64,000 bases of DNA from an uncultured Gammaproteobacteria bacterium. Lineage in GTDB: Bacteria > Patescibacteriota > Microgenomatia > UBA1406. Below, one piece after another: positions 27,926 to 36,917 of the stretch; within the stretch, counting starts at the first letter, position 1, and each line of letters starts with the position of its first letter. The stretch covers positions 28,640 through 92,639 of the forward strand of contig CAYPVH010000007.1 in assembly GCA_964414145.1 (NCBI GenBank). The letters are read 5' to 3'. The translations under genes were made by a program, and so were the position numbers. The notes beneath the pieces are model-generated. The model did not search any database, was not told the origin of the DNA, and worked only from the letters and a program-made list of their open reading frames with translations.

Positions 27926-29395
27926 TTAGTCAAGATTAAGATCTTCACCAACGATGATGGTAGTGCTTTCTGAATCGGATTTTTCAAACTTGGGATTGAT
28001 TGAGCCAAGTGTTTTTAGATCTTTTTTAATTATATTGAATACGTTTTTGTCTGTAGCAATAACAGTGGTTATTTCGTAGTCGTAACTATCTGCATTTCCG
28101 ACTTCACCAACAGTGTAGCCAAGGGCGGTAAATTTAGTCTTTGCTTTTCCGGCGAGACCGGCTGTGCCTACTCCGTTTAAAATTGATAAATCAATTTCCT
28201 CTTTTTTAATTTGGGGGGCTGGAGTTGGTGACGGCTTTAAAATTTTAGTTGGAGCTGGAGTTGGTGATAATTTTGAGATGTTAATTTTTGGTAATGTAGG
28301 TAATTTTATGTTTTTGAAATTAGCAATTCCATAGTTAATTACTAATAATGTTAAGCTGAATGACAAAAGGGCAAAGAAAAGAATTTTTACATATTTAGCA
28401 AAATTAAGTTTCTTATATTTTTGCGAAGTTAATGGATTAAAAGGGTTGGTGTTGTTTGCTTTGATTGGTAATGCATAATTTTTTTCTGACTTATTTTCAA
28501 TCAGTTTAAGTAAGGATAATTCCCTACAAAATTGCAATACTTCGTTAGCAAGATTTATTTTACCGGCAAAGTTTTTGTAACTTGAATGTTCTAAAACTTT
28601 TTCAAGAGGATTTGTCCAGATTGTGGTTTCTTTGGTAAAGCTGTCTTGTCGGATTTCTTTTGATAAGTTACCGCCAAGTATAAGTCTGGCGATATTACTG
28701 GTTTCTTCAAGTTTAAGTTGTTTAAGTTCTTTTTTAATGTTGTCGGAATTAACAGTTATCTGTTTTTCCTTTAATAATCCGGCGCTATCAAAGAGTAAAC
28801 CGGTACTTATGTTTTTTTCATATTCCAAGAAAAGCGCGGATTCTTCTTTTTTCTTGTTTAAAGTATGTTCAAAGAGGTGAAATATTAAAACTGCTTCCGG
28901 ATAAATTTCGCTAACCTTAATGTTATAGAAAGAAAGGAGTGTTTTTACGCTATTTAAAGTGGTCTTTGGTAGAAAAAAAATATTAGCAATTTTTTTGCCC
29001 TTAATTTCTGAAAGGAAGAATTTATAGTAACTGTCTTGTTGAAAATCTTCAAATTTTTTAACAAGTTCAGTTTTAAGAAATTGTTCCATTGCTGTTTCTT
29101 GTACATCGGTTGGAATTTCAATACGACTGAATTTAAAAAATCGTTGCGCTAAGATAAGTCTGGTGCCTTTACCAAATTTGGCTTCTGGAATTTTGTTTAA
29201 AGCTTGCTTAAGTACAAAAGCCCATCGATCAACATCGAATTGTGTTGTGTCGTCTACAGGTATATCGGCTGACGCATGCAGTACTTTGCTTTTACCCACT
29301 AACGAACTGGAAATAGAAAGAAGCTGGATTTTATTATAAAGTAGGGTAATGATACTCATACATATAATTTTGGCACAAAAAGTTCTATTGTGCAA
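27926..29395 (-). CDS. Bitopic protein: cytoplasmic PilM/FtsA-like N-domain, TM helix, Pro-rich spacer, extracellular LytR_C domain
   Basis: C-terminal [45 protein letters not shown] is LytR_C-like. TM segment [18 protein letters not shown] and [18 protein letters not shown] repeat. Alternative start at ATG 29359 (the track start is TTG). Confidence 0.6.
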   Translation of the reverse strand: MHNRTFCAKIICMSIITLLYNKIQLLSISSSLVGKSKVLHASADIPVDDTTQFDVDRWAFVLKQALNKIPEAKFGKGTRLILAQRFFKFSRIEIPTDVQETAMEQFLKTELVKKFEDFQQDSYYKFFLSEIKGKKIANIFFLPKTTLNSVKTLLSFYNIKVSEIYPEAVLIFHLFEHTLNKKKEESALFLEYEKNISTGLLFDSAGLLKEKQITVNSDNIKKELKQLKLEETSNIARLILGGNLSKEIRQDSFTKETTIWTNPLEKVLEHSSYKNFAGKINLANEVLQFCRELSLLKLIENKSEKNYALPIKANNTNPFNPLTSQKYKKLNFAKYVKILFFALLSFSLTLLVINYGIANFKNIKLPTLPKINISKLSPTPAPTKILKPSPTPAPQIKKEEIDLSILNGVGTAGLAGKAKTKFTALGYTVGEVGNADSYDYEITTVIATDKNVFNIIKKDLKTLGSINPKFEKSDSESTTIIVGEDLNLD

Positions 29396-29417
29396 CAGGA
29401 GGCGTGTTTAACTAATT

Positions 29418-29903
29418 TTAAAATCCACCTTCTACATTATTAGCAATTCTGGAACTAGACAAACCACTAATTATTGGGGTAACGGTAACAACAGTTGCTC
29501 TAACCTTGCTGGCCTGACTTTTTTTATTCTTCAGTTGAGGATCATTTTCAGATACTGCAATAATTTTGGGCTGTAGAACTTCTACTAATTTCTGATAGTA
29601 TTCGTTTTTGGTAAAGTAGGGAAGCTGTATTACCCAATCAACAACACGTAAACTTTCTAATATTGTTTTTCTTTGTTCTTGGTTGTGAATTGGGTTTCTA
29701 CCCTTGTTTTTGGCTATAAATTCATCTGATTCAAGTGCAATTGCCATTACATATCCATCAATATAGGACTTGTTTAAAAACTGAATATGACCATAGTGAA
29801 GAATGTCGAAACAACCACCGGCTAAAACTATTTTTCTATTTTTATATTTTGTATTTCTGACTGTGCTTAAACTATGAAAAAACAGATCAATTTTTTCCGG
29901 CAT
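29418..29903 (-). CDS. Cytidylyltransferase-family nucleotidyltransferase (RfaE domain II/TagD-like)
   Basis: VLAGGCFDILHYGHIQFL (HxGH) motif; 161 aa. Confidence 0.75.
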   Translation of the reverse strand: MPEKIDLFFHSLSTVRNTKYKNRKIVLAGGCFDILHYGHIQFLNKSYIDGYVMAIALESDEFIAKNKGRNPIHNQEQRKTILESLRVVDWVIQLPYFTKNEYYQKLVEVLQPKIIAVSENDPQLKNKKSQASKVRATVVTVTPIISGLSSSRIANNVEGGF

Positions 29904-29907
29904 TATT

Positions 29908-30849
29908 TTAAAGATTTACACTTTTTTTTATGAGGAATGGTGGTCTGTTTTGGGTTTCCTTGTACATTTTCCCGATGTATTCGCCAATTATTCCAATAGT
30001 AATCAGTTGTGTTCCTCCCAGAAACATAATTGCCACAAATAAACCGGTCCAACCTGTTACCCAGTATTCGTGAGGTAGAAAGAATCGGCGATAAATAGCG
30101 TACAGAATGCCAGTAAAACCAAGAAGTGATGTAAAAAAGCCCATATATGAAGCGATTCGAAGTGGTTTTGTGGAAAAAGAAATAATACCATCCAGGGCAA
30201 AGTTCATCATTTTTGAAAAGTTATAGTTAGTTTTACCGGCATTTCTTTTGCTTCGGTCGAAGCTAACTGTACTTTCTTTAAAACCGCTCCAAGCAACTAA
30301 ACCTCTTAAAAATTTATTGTGTTCGGGTAGGTTTGTTAAATATTTATTAACTTTTTTGTCGTGAAGCCGAAAATCACCCGTATCGGTTGGGATTTTAGTA
30401 TCCGACAGAAAGTTAATAAAACGATAAAAAATATAAGCCGTTAACTTTTTAAAAAATGTGTCTTGTCTGGTTTTTCTTTTTGCGTAAACTATTTCAGCAC
30501 CTTGTTGCCACTTATTAACCATTTCCTTAATAATTTCTGGTGGGTCTTGTAAATCGGCGTCTATTGTAACAACACAATCCCCCTTTGCATTTTGATACCC
30601 GCAAGACAGCGCATTTTGGTGACCAAAGTTACGTGTGAATGAAATTAATTTAATATTCTTGTTTATTTTAGCCAAGCTTTCAATAACGCTTTCTGTTTGG
30701 TCTGTTGAACCGTCGTCTACAAAAATAACTTCGTATCCACCGAAGGGCTCTATTACCGGAATTAACCTTTCGAGTAAAAGTAATATGTTTTTTTCCTCGT
30801 TATGAACCGGAACAACAACAGAGATATTAAAACTGTCTGTTTTTACCAT
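29908..30849 (-). CDS. GT2 polyprenyl-phosphate sugar synthase (GtrB/ArnC-like), paralog of 3100..4032
   Basis: VVVPVHNEEKNI, FVDDGSTDQT, FTRNFGHQNALSCG and DADLQDPPE motifs; two C-terminal TM helices. Confidence 0.85.
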   Translation of the reverse strand: MVKTDSFNISVVVPVHNEEKNILLLLERLIPVIEPFGGYEVIFVDDGSTDQTESVIESLAKINKNIKLISFTRNFGHQNALSCGYQNAKGDCVVTIDADLQDPPEIIKEMVNKWQQGAEIVYAKRKTRQDTFFKKLTAYIFYRFINFLSDTKIPTDTGDFRLHDKKVNKYLTNLPEHNKFLRGLVAWSGFKESTVSFDRSKRNAGKTNYNFSKMMNFALDGIISFSTKPLRIASYMGFFTSLLGFTGILYAIYRRFFLPHEYWVTGWTGLFVAIMFLGGTQLITIGIIGEYIGKMYKETQNRPPFLIKKSVNL

Positions 30850-30925
30850 ACGACTATTATAACGATAATTATAAAAAATAACATAAGTTTTACTGAATCA
30901 GTGTATATCGGCAAATGAATTAATG

Positions 30926-30994
30926 TTGCGGAGCTGGGAGTCGAACCCAGTCTAAAAGGTTATGAGCCTTTTGTGCACCGTACACTACCCCGCA
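30926..30994 (-). tRNA. tRNA with CAU anticodon (elongator Met or Ile2/lysidine type), compact, no encoded CCA
   Basis: Hand-folded cloverleaf. Acceptor UGCGGGG/CUCCGCA; D arm GUGU-ACGGU-GCAC; anticodon arm AAAGG-CUCAUAA-CCUUU. Variable loop is 4 nt; T arm CUGGG-UUCGACU-CCCAG. Ends are good to +/- 2 nt. Confidence 0.8.
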
Positions 30995-31062
30995 CTTATT
31001 TGGAATTATAACAAATTATAGAGCTAAATTACAAACCAGACCTGCTTTTTACATAACAGTTG

Positions 31063-31794
31063 TTAGTACTCTATAAAGTACTTGATTTCGGCTTTTTGTT
31101 TTAGCTCTTGAATTAAATTTTGAGCCTCTGTTGTAAGCTTTTGGTTTTCAAGTTGAGTACGAACCTCAGTTTTTAACTGTTTTTCACCAAGTTCCTCCGG
31201 CAAATTTTCTTTATTTGTTTCAATATAGTTTGCAACTTCTTTGTCGGAAACTGTTACTTTACTGCTAAGCAGTTTTTCCAAAAGCAGCTGAACTTCTATT
31301 TGGTCTCGTAATTCTTCTCTGGTTAAACCTTGTAGGGTAAGTAAGCTGTCTAAGTCTTTACCCTGGTCTTTTACGGTTTTTTCGATTTCTTCAATCTGCT
31401 TATCTATATCTGCGCTTGTAACTTCAACTTTTTCTTGCCTTGCGTGTTGGAGCAATAGTTTTCGAGAAATAAGCGAATCCAGCGCTTGCTGACCGCCTTG
31501 TTTTTCAAGTTCTTTAACTACTTCAAGCCGGGTAACATATTGACCGTTAACAGTAGCTGCAACAAAAACTTTTCTTAAATAAAATAACAACCCAAAAACA
31601 AGTAGAAAAACTAATATACCACCGGCTATCATGGGTAATTTTTTAGCAAGACTGGGATTTAATTGCAGTTTGGGTTCGTTTACCTGCTTTTTTTCTGCAG
31701 GTAGTTTAGTAGTAACCTTTTTTACAGACTTTGCTTTCGTCTGTGTTTTTTTAGTGGTTTTGGGCTTTTTAGCCGTTGTTTTTTTTGTTGCCAT
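31063..31794 (-). CDS. Membrane-anchored SurA N-terminal-domain-like chaperone (no PPIase domain seen)
   Basis: Lys-rich N-terminus, one TM helix, ATVNGQYVTRLEV..ALDSLISRKLLLQHA. Start taken at ATG 31794 (TATACT plus 6 nt); the track start is TTG 31800. Confidence 0.6.
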   Translation of the reverse strand: MATKKTTAKKPKTTKKTQTKAKSVKKVTTKLPAEKKQVNEPKLQLNPSLAKKLPMIAGGILVFLLVFGLLFYLRKVFVAATVNGQYVTRLEVVKELEKQGGQQALDSLISRKLLLQHARQEKVEVTSADIDKQIEEIEKTVKDQGKDLDSLLTLQGLTREELRDQIEVQLLLEKLLSSKVTVSDKEVANYIETNKENLPEELGEKQLKTEVRTQLENQKLTTEAQNLIQELKQKAEIKYFIEY

Positions 31795-31800
31795 TTGCAA

Positions 31801-31806
31801 AGTATA
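31801..31806 (-). promoter_or_regulatory. -10-like hexamer TATACT, 6 nt upstream of ATG 31794
   Basis: The minus strand reads TATACT-ttgcaa-ATG. Confidence 0.35.
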
Positions 31807-31818
31807 ACATATTAAATT

Positions 31819-33522
31819 TTATTTACTTATTCTATATTGAATTTGTTTGTCGAGTTGGGCAAGTTGATTGACAATTTTTTCACCTGTTTCAAAAATAGCT
31901 ATAGCTGTTTTCTTAATCATAAATATTAACGGGTTGCCAAGAATAATACTAATCGAGTTAGCCTCTTCTGTTTTATAGTTGTTTGTGCTTTCAAATTTGT
32001 GATTATCATTTGTTTCAACATACAGTTTATATGGTCCGCTGGATTGGTTAACCACAACCGAAACCGTGCTTTTCTTCTCTAGAACTGGAATTTCTTGGTC
32101 ACTTATTATTAGAGCTGCTTTGGTAATTTGGCGATAAGGTTCGTAGGGGTTTTCTATATTAACACTAATATTAATACGTTTAATAATAACTTCTTGGCTA
32201 GGCTCTATTAGTTCAAAAGGATTGGTAGCTGTTGGTTGTGGTTTTGTGGGGTGTTGGATTATGTTTGTAACACTAGGGTTTTTAGGAGAAGGTGTAGGCG
32301 TGGGAATTTGGGGTGGTAGAGTTGGTTGTGGTTTTGTGGTAGGAATTGGGGTGGGTGAAACGCTTGTATTTTTTGAATAAATGGCTACAGTTTCCAAGCT
32401 GTCCAAAAGAATAGAATTTTTTACTCCACTATACACGTTTTCGCCTCTTGTATTTGAAACGGAATAATGGTTGGAAAAATCTACTGATCTACTAAAGCCA
32501 AGAGTAGTTGGCGAGCTTGCAGAGTTTGTGAAAAGCATGTAATAACCATTATTTTTATAACCAACAACACCCACAATTGTATAGTTGTCATTAATATCAT
32601 AGGGGGCGCCATTTGGACCAACGGCTATTGGCCACAATACATTTGGTGAAGTCCCTATGATTTTTGAAATTGCATGATAAATTGATTTTTCTAATTGGGA
32701 AGCGGTGAAATAATTATTTATAACAATATATTTTATTGGTGCTTTTTTGGCTTTGTCTTGGGTTTGAATTGAGGTAACAATTGCAGAACTGATAACACCG
32801 GTGGTAAAAGACAGGGCCTGAGACCCAGAGGGGCTTTTGGTAGAAATACCAATCAAAGAAAGTTTAGAGTTAGCCGGATATCTTAATTTTATGTCTGATG
32901 TACCGGGTACATCAGACGAGGCATCAAATAGAGTATCAAACATGATTTTTATTTTGTCGTATTGGGTTCCTTGCAAGTCTTTTTCGTCTACATAAAAGCT
33001 AATAGCTTCAATGGTTGGCGGTGGAGTACTGTCTAATATAGACTTAGCTTCGTCTCTTTGCCAATACAAAATATTGCCTGTGTGAATATTAATATTAGGG
33101 TAGCTTTGTGCCAAATTACTAATTCCCGACCCGTCGGGTGTCATGATTTGGATAACTGTATTAGTGGGCAAACTGGAAGCTGTGGAACTTAAAAAAGCAG
33201 AGGCAGCTTGACTATTTTGAAAGTTGAAATACCAGCCAAAGCTGGTTTTTAGACTGTTAAAAGTTGGACTTGAAATAAAGGCAGTGGTAGGATTATTAAC
33301 TTTTAAATACACTTTGTTATTTGAAAAATGAGTGCTTATTTCTTGAATCTGGCTGCTACTTATACTTGGAGGGATTGCAATTACCAGGTGTTGGTTGATA
33401 TTTCCGTAACCGTTACCTGGGTCAAATTCTATATTAACGTTTCCGGCACAGGCTGTTTTTGGTAAAACAAGCATAATAAGAAGTAAGAGCAGCGGTAATA
33501 AGTATTTGTTTAAGAAACTCAT
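31819..33522 (-). CDS. Secreted hypothetical protein with a Pro/Thr-rich linker
   Basis: Signal peptide LLPLLLLLIMLVLPKTACA; linker SPTPIPTTKPQPTLPPQIPTPTPSPKNP...KPQPTATNP. No recognisable domain. Confidence 0.5.
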   Translation of the reverse strand: MSFLNKYLLPLLLLLIMLVLPKTACAGNVNIEFDPGNGYGNINQHLVIAIPPSISSSQIQEISTHFSNNKVYLKVNNPTTAFISSPTFNSLKTSFGWYFNFQNSQAASAFLSSTASSLPTNTVIQIMTPDGSGISNLAQSYPNINIHTGNILYWQRDEAKSILDSTPPPTIEAISFYVDEKDLQGTQYDKIKIMFDTLFDASSDVPGTSDIKLRYPANSKLSLIGISTKSPSGSQALSFTTGVISSAIVTSIQTQDKAKKAPIKYIVINNYFTASQLEKSIYHAISKIIGTSPNVLWPIAVGPNGAPYDINDNYTIVGVVGYKNNGYYMLFTNSASSPTTLGFSRSVDFSNHYSVSNTRGENVYSGVKNSILLDSLETVAIYSKNTSVSPTPIPTTKPQPTLPPQIPTPTPSPKNPSVTNIIQHPTKPQPTATNPFELIEPSQEVIIKRINISVNIENPYEPYRQITKAALIISDQEIPVLEKKSTVSVVVNQSSGPYKLYVETNDNHKFESTNNYKTEEANSISIILGNPLIFMIKKTAIAIFETGEKIVNQLAQLDKQIQYRISK

Positions 33523-33547
33523 TATTTCATTATATATAATGAAATAA
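33522..33547. promoter_or_regulatory. Perfect 26-bp palindrome carrying back-to-back -10 hexamers
   Basis: TTATTTCATTATATATAATGAAATAA equals its own reverse complement. On the minus strand TATAAT (33534..33529) sits 6 nt before ATG 33522. On the plus strand TATAAT (33535..33540) sits 9 nt before ATG 33550. Confidence 0.45.
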
Positions 33548-33549
33548 GA

Positions 33550-33696
33550 ATGGTAATTTTGAAAGACAAAAAAACACTGTTAAAATTATTTACTTTATAT
33601 TTTTTTGCATTAATTTTGGCAAAATTATTTGAGGTTCGTTATGACGGCGCTGGGTTGGACTATTTTTTTTGGCAGTTAGAAAACACAATTTTTTAA
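33550..33696 (+). CDS. Possible 48-aa small membrane protein (below the track size cut-off)
   Basis: ATG..TAA ORF MVILKDKKTLLKLFTLYFFALILAKLFEVRYDGAGLDYFFWQLENTIF ends 1 nt before the next ATG. No homology evidence. Confidence 0.2.
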   Translation: MVILKDKKTLLKLFTLYFFALILAKLFEVRYDGAGLDYFFWQLENTIF

Positions 33697-33697
33697 A

Positions 33698-34000
33698 ATG
33701 AAAATCGGATCGCTCTATTTTGACGAAAAAGACTTGTTAATGGTTTTTGCATTGGTTTTAATGGCGGTTTTAAAGTATTTTCAAGTAGATGTAATACCTT
33801 TCTTTTTACCGGAGCAAATTTTTATTGTGCTACTTCTTGCGTTTATTGTAAGAATATTTTTAGGCAAACGTAAGGAAGAGTTGATATTGATTACAGTTGT
33901 TATTTCGCTTCTTTTAAGTAATATTTTGTCGCTGATGGGTTTGGTTATTTTCTTACTAGTAACATATTCTTTATTTGTTTTTGTGTTTAGAAAATATTAA
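33698..34000 (+). CDS. Small membrane protein (3 TM), unknown
   Basis: Hydrophobic ORF only. Confidence 0.4.
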   Translation: MKIGSLYFDEKDLLMVFALVLMAVLKYFQVDVIPFFLPEQIFIVLLLAFIVRIFLGKRKEELILITVVISLLLSNILSLMGLVIFLLVTYSLFVFVFRKY

Positions 34001-34004
34001 TGAC

Positions 34005-34487
34005 ATGAAACACTCTCTAAAAAAGGGAATTAGTTTTGGCTTAACTTCGGGTGTAATAACAACGATTGGCTTAATTGTTGGTCTAAACGCCGGTACCGGT
34101 TCGCAACTAGCAATCTTAGGTGGGGTACTTACAATTGCCATTGCCGATTCATTTTCAGACGCATTGGGAATTCATGTTTCGGAAGAATCGGAAGGTAAGC
34201 ATACACAAAAAGAAATTTGGGAAGCCACAATTTCCACGTTTTTCACAAAATTACTGTTTGCTTCTTCGTTTATTTTGCCTATATTATTATTTCCATTAAC
34301 AACGGCGGTTATTATATGTGTTGCCTGGGGGCTTTTTATACTTGTCTTGTCTAGTATTTATATTGCCAAGCAGCAAAAAAGCAATGTTTACAGTGTAGTT
34401 TTTGAACATGTTTTGATTAGTATTGCCGTAATTATTATTACTCAACTTGTTGGCAAGTTTATTTCTGGTTATTTTGATACAATATAA
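34005..34487 (+). CDS. VIT1/CCC1-family (DUF125) membrane domain protein
   Basis: GLTSGVITTIGLIVGL..LTIAIADSFSDALGIHVSEES pattern. Start taken at ATG 34005; the track start is TTG 33975. Confidence 0.6.
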   Translation: MKHSLKKGISFGLTSGVITTIGLIVGLNAGTGSQLAILGGVLTIAIADSFSDALGIHVSEESEGKHTQKEIWEATISTFFTKLLFASSFILPILLFPLTTAVIICVAWGLFILVLSSIYIAKQQKSNVYSVVFEHVLISIAVIIITQLVGKFISGYFDTI

Positions 34488-34492
34488 GCACT

Positions 34493-34569
34493 CGGGACGT
34501 AGTTCAGATGGCTAGAACGCACGCATGGGGTGCGTGAGGTCAGCGGTTCAAGTCCGCTCGTCCCGACCA
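34493..34569 (+). tRNA. tRNA-Pro (GGG), CCA encoded
   Basis: Acceptor CGGGACG/CGTCCCG; D arm GTTC-AGATGGCTA-GAAC; anticodon arm CACGC-ATGGGGT-GCGTG (U33, GGG, G37). T arm AGCGG-TTCAAGT-CCGCT; A73 followed by CCA. Confidence 0.9.
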
Positions 34570-34594
34570 GTTAAGACCAGACCCTCCAAAAGCA

Positions 34595-34638
34595 TTGATA
34601 CACAAGCATTATCAATTTGATACATCATATGTATCAAA
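34595..34638. repeat. Two adjacent inverted repeats built on a TTGATA/TATCAA core (operator-like)
   Basis: IR1 is TTGATA(34595-34600)...TATCAA(34610-34615). IR2 is TTTGATACA-tcata-TGTATCAAA (34616-34638), with perfect 9-bp arms. Confidence 0.35.
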
Positions 34639-34765
34639 TCTATCCGAATTTTTAATAAAACTGCGATTTAGCTTGATATGTAAACGTTTTCTCTGTTCAA
34701 GTCCTGTCAGGTGTCAGGCTATTTTCCGTTCGTAAATATAGTTGAATGATGATAAAATTATAACT

Positions 34766-35989
34766 ATGAAAAGCAAATACATAAAACAAATACTATTATT
34801 AGTCGTCGTTATACTTATATCCGTCGCGGCAAGTTATTTGATTTGGGGGAAAGATAGAAATCGCGACAATGAGGTTAATAGTGATTATAATTGTAGTGTT
34901 GATAGTCTTAGAGATAATGCTAGTTTTCTTAAAACCTATGAAGAAACCCTTAATTTGGTGAAATTGTATTGTGGTGAACCAGATTCGGATATTGGCTCTG
35001 GTATATATATTCCACGATGGAATTTATCCAAGACCGAAAGTTTAACACTTTATCAATTTAGGGGGTTGATTTATTCAAAAGATGATAAATCTGAATATTT
35101 AATACAAACAATAAACTATATAATTGACAATATTTATGGGGATTACAGTATCTCTTATAATGACATTGCAAATAATCAACAAATCTGGCTTGGAACTTTA
35201 AGACTTAATCAAAATGGGAATTATGAGTATTACGAGCTGTCGAAATTTAGCGATGATGTAAAGGAAGAAATAAAGGATACTTTCTTTGTGAAGAATCCTA
35301 ATGGTAATTTTACTCTTTCATTCGAGAACAAAAATATCAAAACAACAAGACTAGAAGAATTAGAAGACAATGAGATCATTTTAAGAGTTAGTTTTTCAGA
35401 TCAGAACGATTCATTTGATCAGTTTATTAGAGTAGATACCGGAAGTAGAGAGTTATATTTTCACTCAACTATCAGCGAAATAGAAAAGTTACGTATTAAT
35501 AAAGGATGGACCAACTCATACTATGAACCTAATATTAGTAGGAGCGAATACGAAATAACAATTCCAGATTATTATTTCAATTACAATTCTCATGGGAATA
35601 ATATCGATATAAGTCCTCAAGCTTCGCTATTAGAAGATATCCAATTTTTTGATCCACAGGGTAATTTTTCTTTCTTCCTATGGGAGCCTACGAAAATAAG
35701 TGAACCAGCTAGAAATACAGTAGAAGATGAAAAATGGATGGAAAATAAAATGAAAGTATTCCTTCCTCAAGCAGCGACAAATATTCGTTCTAACAATATA
35801 TCGATTAATGGCTCAAGATTTACAAGACTGACGTATGATGTATACTCTTTGCCAGAAATGGATGAATATATTGGAACAGAGTATGTGTATGGCATAGAAC
35901 TGAATAGTTATTATGTATTTTTTACTCATGTATCTATGTCTGATGTAGAGTTCGAAGAATTATTAACAACATTTAGGATTTTAGATTGA
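34766..35989 (+). CDS. Membrane-anchored orphan protein (Asn/Tyr/Ser-rich)
   Basis: N-terminal TM segment ILLLVVVILISVAASYLIW; no recognisable motif. Start taken at ATG 34766 (TAAAAT plus 7 nt); the track start is TTG 34742. Confidence 0.5.
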   Translation: MKSKYIKQILLLVVVILISVAASYLIWGKDRNRDNEVNSDYNCSVDSLRDNASFLKTYEETLNLVKLYCGEPDSDIGSGIYIPRWNLSKTESLTLYQFRGLIYSKDDKSEYLIQTINYIIDNIYGDYSISYNDIANNQQIWLGTLRLNQNGNYEYYELSKFSDDVKEEIKDTFFVKNPNGNFTLSFENKNIKTTRLEELEDNEIILRVSFSDQNDSFDQFIRVDTGSRELYFHSTISEIEKLRINKGWTNSYYEPNISRSEYEITIPDYYFNYNSHGNNIDISPQASLLEDIQFFDPQGNFSFFLWEPTKISEPARNTVEDEKWMENKMKVFLPQAATNIRSNNISINGSRFTRLTYDVYSLPEMDEYIGTEYVYGIELNSYYVFFTHVSMSDVEFEELLTTFRILD

Positions 35990-36101
35990 GAAGTGCAGGT
36001 AGAAACCCCCACTTATACTCAAACTCTTTAAAACATGAGATAATCGTATCAATAAAGGGAAGTAGTCGTTCGTACATAGTACGATCACCCCGACATAAAT
36101 T

Positions 36102-36851
36102 ATGATCTTAACTCAGTTTGCCATAAAAACACCAGGTGGAATAGTGGTAAAGGGTGAATACGAAGGCAATATACAATCCGGGAAAGTAATTATTTTTTCT
36201 CATGGTTTTGGCGTTGCCAGAGATTCGCGCGGAATGTTTACCCAAATTGGCAATAGTATGAAAGACAAGTATTTAATTGTTCGCTTTGACTACGCAATAG
36301 TAAACAAAAAAGAGAATTGGCTAAAGATACCCTCTTATAGTAAACAAGTAGAAATGCTTAGAACAGTGCATGATTACGTTAACAAAGCATTTTCACCAAA
36401 TGAGGTAAATATTATTGCTCATTCAATGGGCTGTTTAATAGCTGGTTTGGTACAACTTGAAAAGATTAACAAAACCATACTTCTTGCTGGGCCACCAACT
36501 TCACCATATAAGCGAATGAAAGAATATTTTTCAAGGCGAGCAGGAACAGTTATTAATGAGTTAGCCACAAGTGTAATTATGCGTTCTGATGGTAGTAAAA
36601 CATATGTTGAAAGTGACTTTTGGGTAGAGATGAAAAGTGTTAAACCGGTTGAAATGTATAAGAAGTTGGCAAACAGGCATACTGTTAGTTTTATTAGGGC
36701 TTTACTTGATCAAGTGATTACAGAAAAAAATTATGAAAGCATAAAGCAAATTAAACAGCTTAAATATTTTGAAATTGAAGCCAATCATGATTTTGAAGAC
36801 GAGGCGAGGAATAAGCTTACTTCTAGTATTCAAAAGATACTGATTCTTTAA
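36102..36851 (+). CDS. Alpha/beta hydrolase
   Basis: HGFGV oxyanion region and nucleophile elbow IIAHSMGC (GxSxG-type). Confidence 0.75.
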   Translation: MILTQFAIKTPGGIVVKGEYEGNIQSGKVIIFSHGFGVARDSRGMFTQIGNSMKDKYLIVRFDYAIVNKKENWLKIPSYSKQVEMLRTVHDYVNKAFSPNEVNIIAHSMGCLIAGLVQLEKINKTILLAGPPTSPYKRMKEYFSRRAGTVINELATSVIMRSDGSKTYVESDFWVEMKSVKPVEMYKKLANRHTVSFIRALLDQVITEKNYESIKQIKQLKYFEIEANHDFEDEARNKLTSSIQKILIL

Positions 36852-36905
36852 TTGTTTTTTGTTTTTCTTCAACTATTATAATCAATACCTTTCTTCTAAT
36901 TTATT

Positions 36906-36911
36906 TATAAT
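36906..36911 (+). promoter_or_regulatory. -10 hexamer TATAAT, 6 nt upstream of ATG 36918
   Basis: TATAAT-taagcc-ATG read directly; no Shine-Dalgarno sequence. Confidence 0.45.
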
Positions 36912-36917
36912 TAAGCC

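Noticed and set aside
36070-36084. Small hairpin TCGTAC-ATA-GTACGA upstream of the hydrolase gene
   Set aside because: It has only a 6-bp stem and no U-tract, and it is not repeated elsewhere that I could see. That is too weak to call a terminator or operator.
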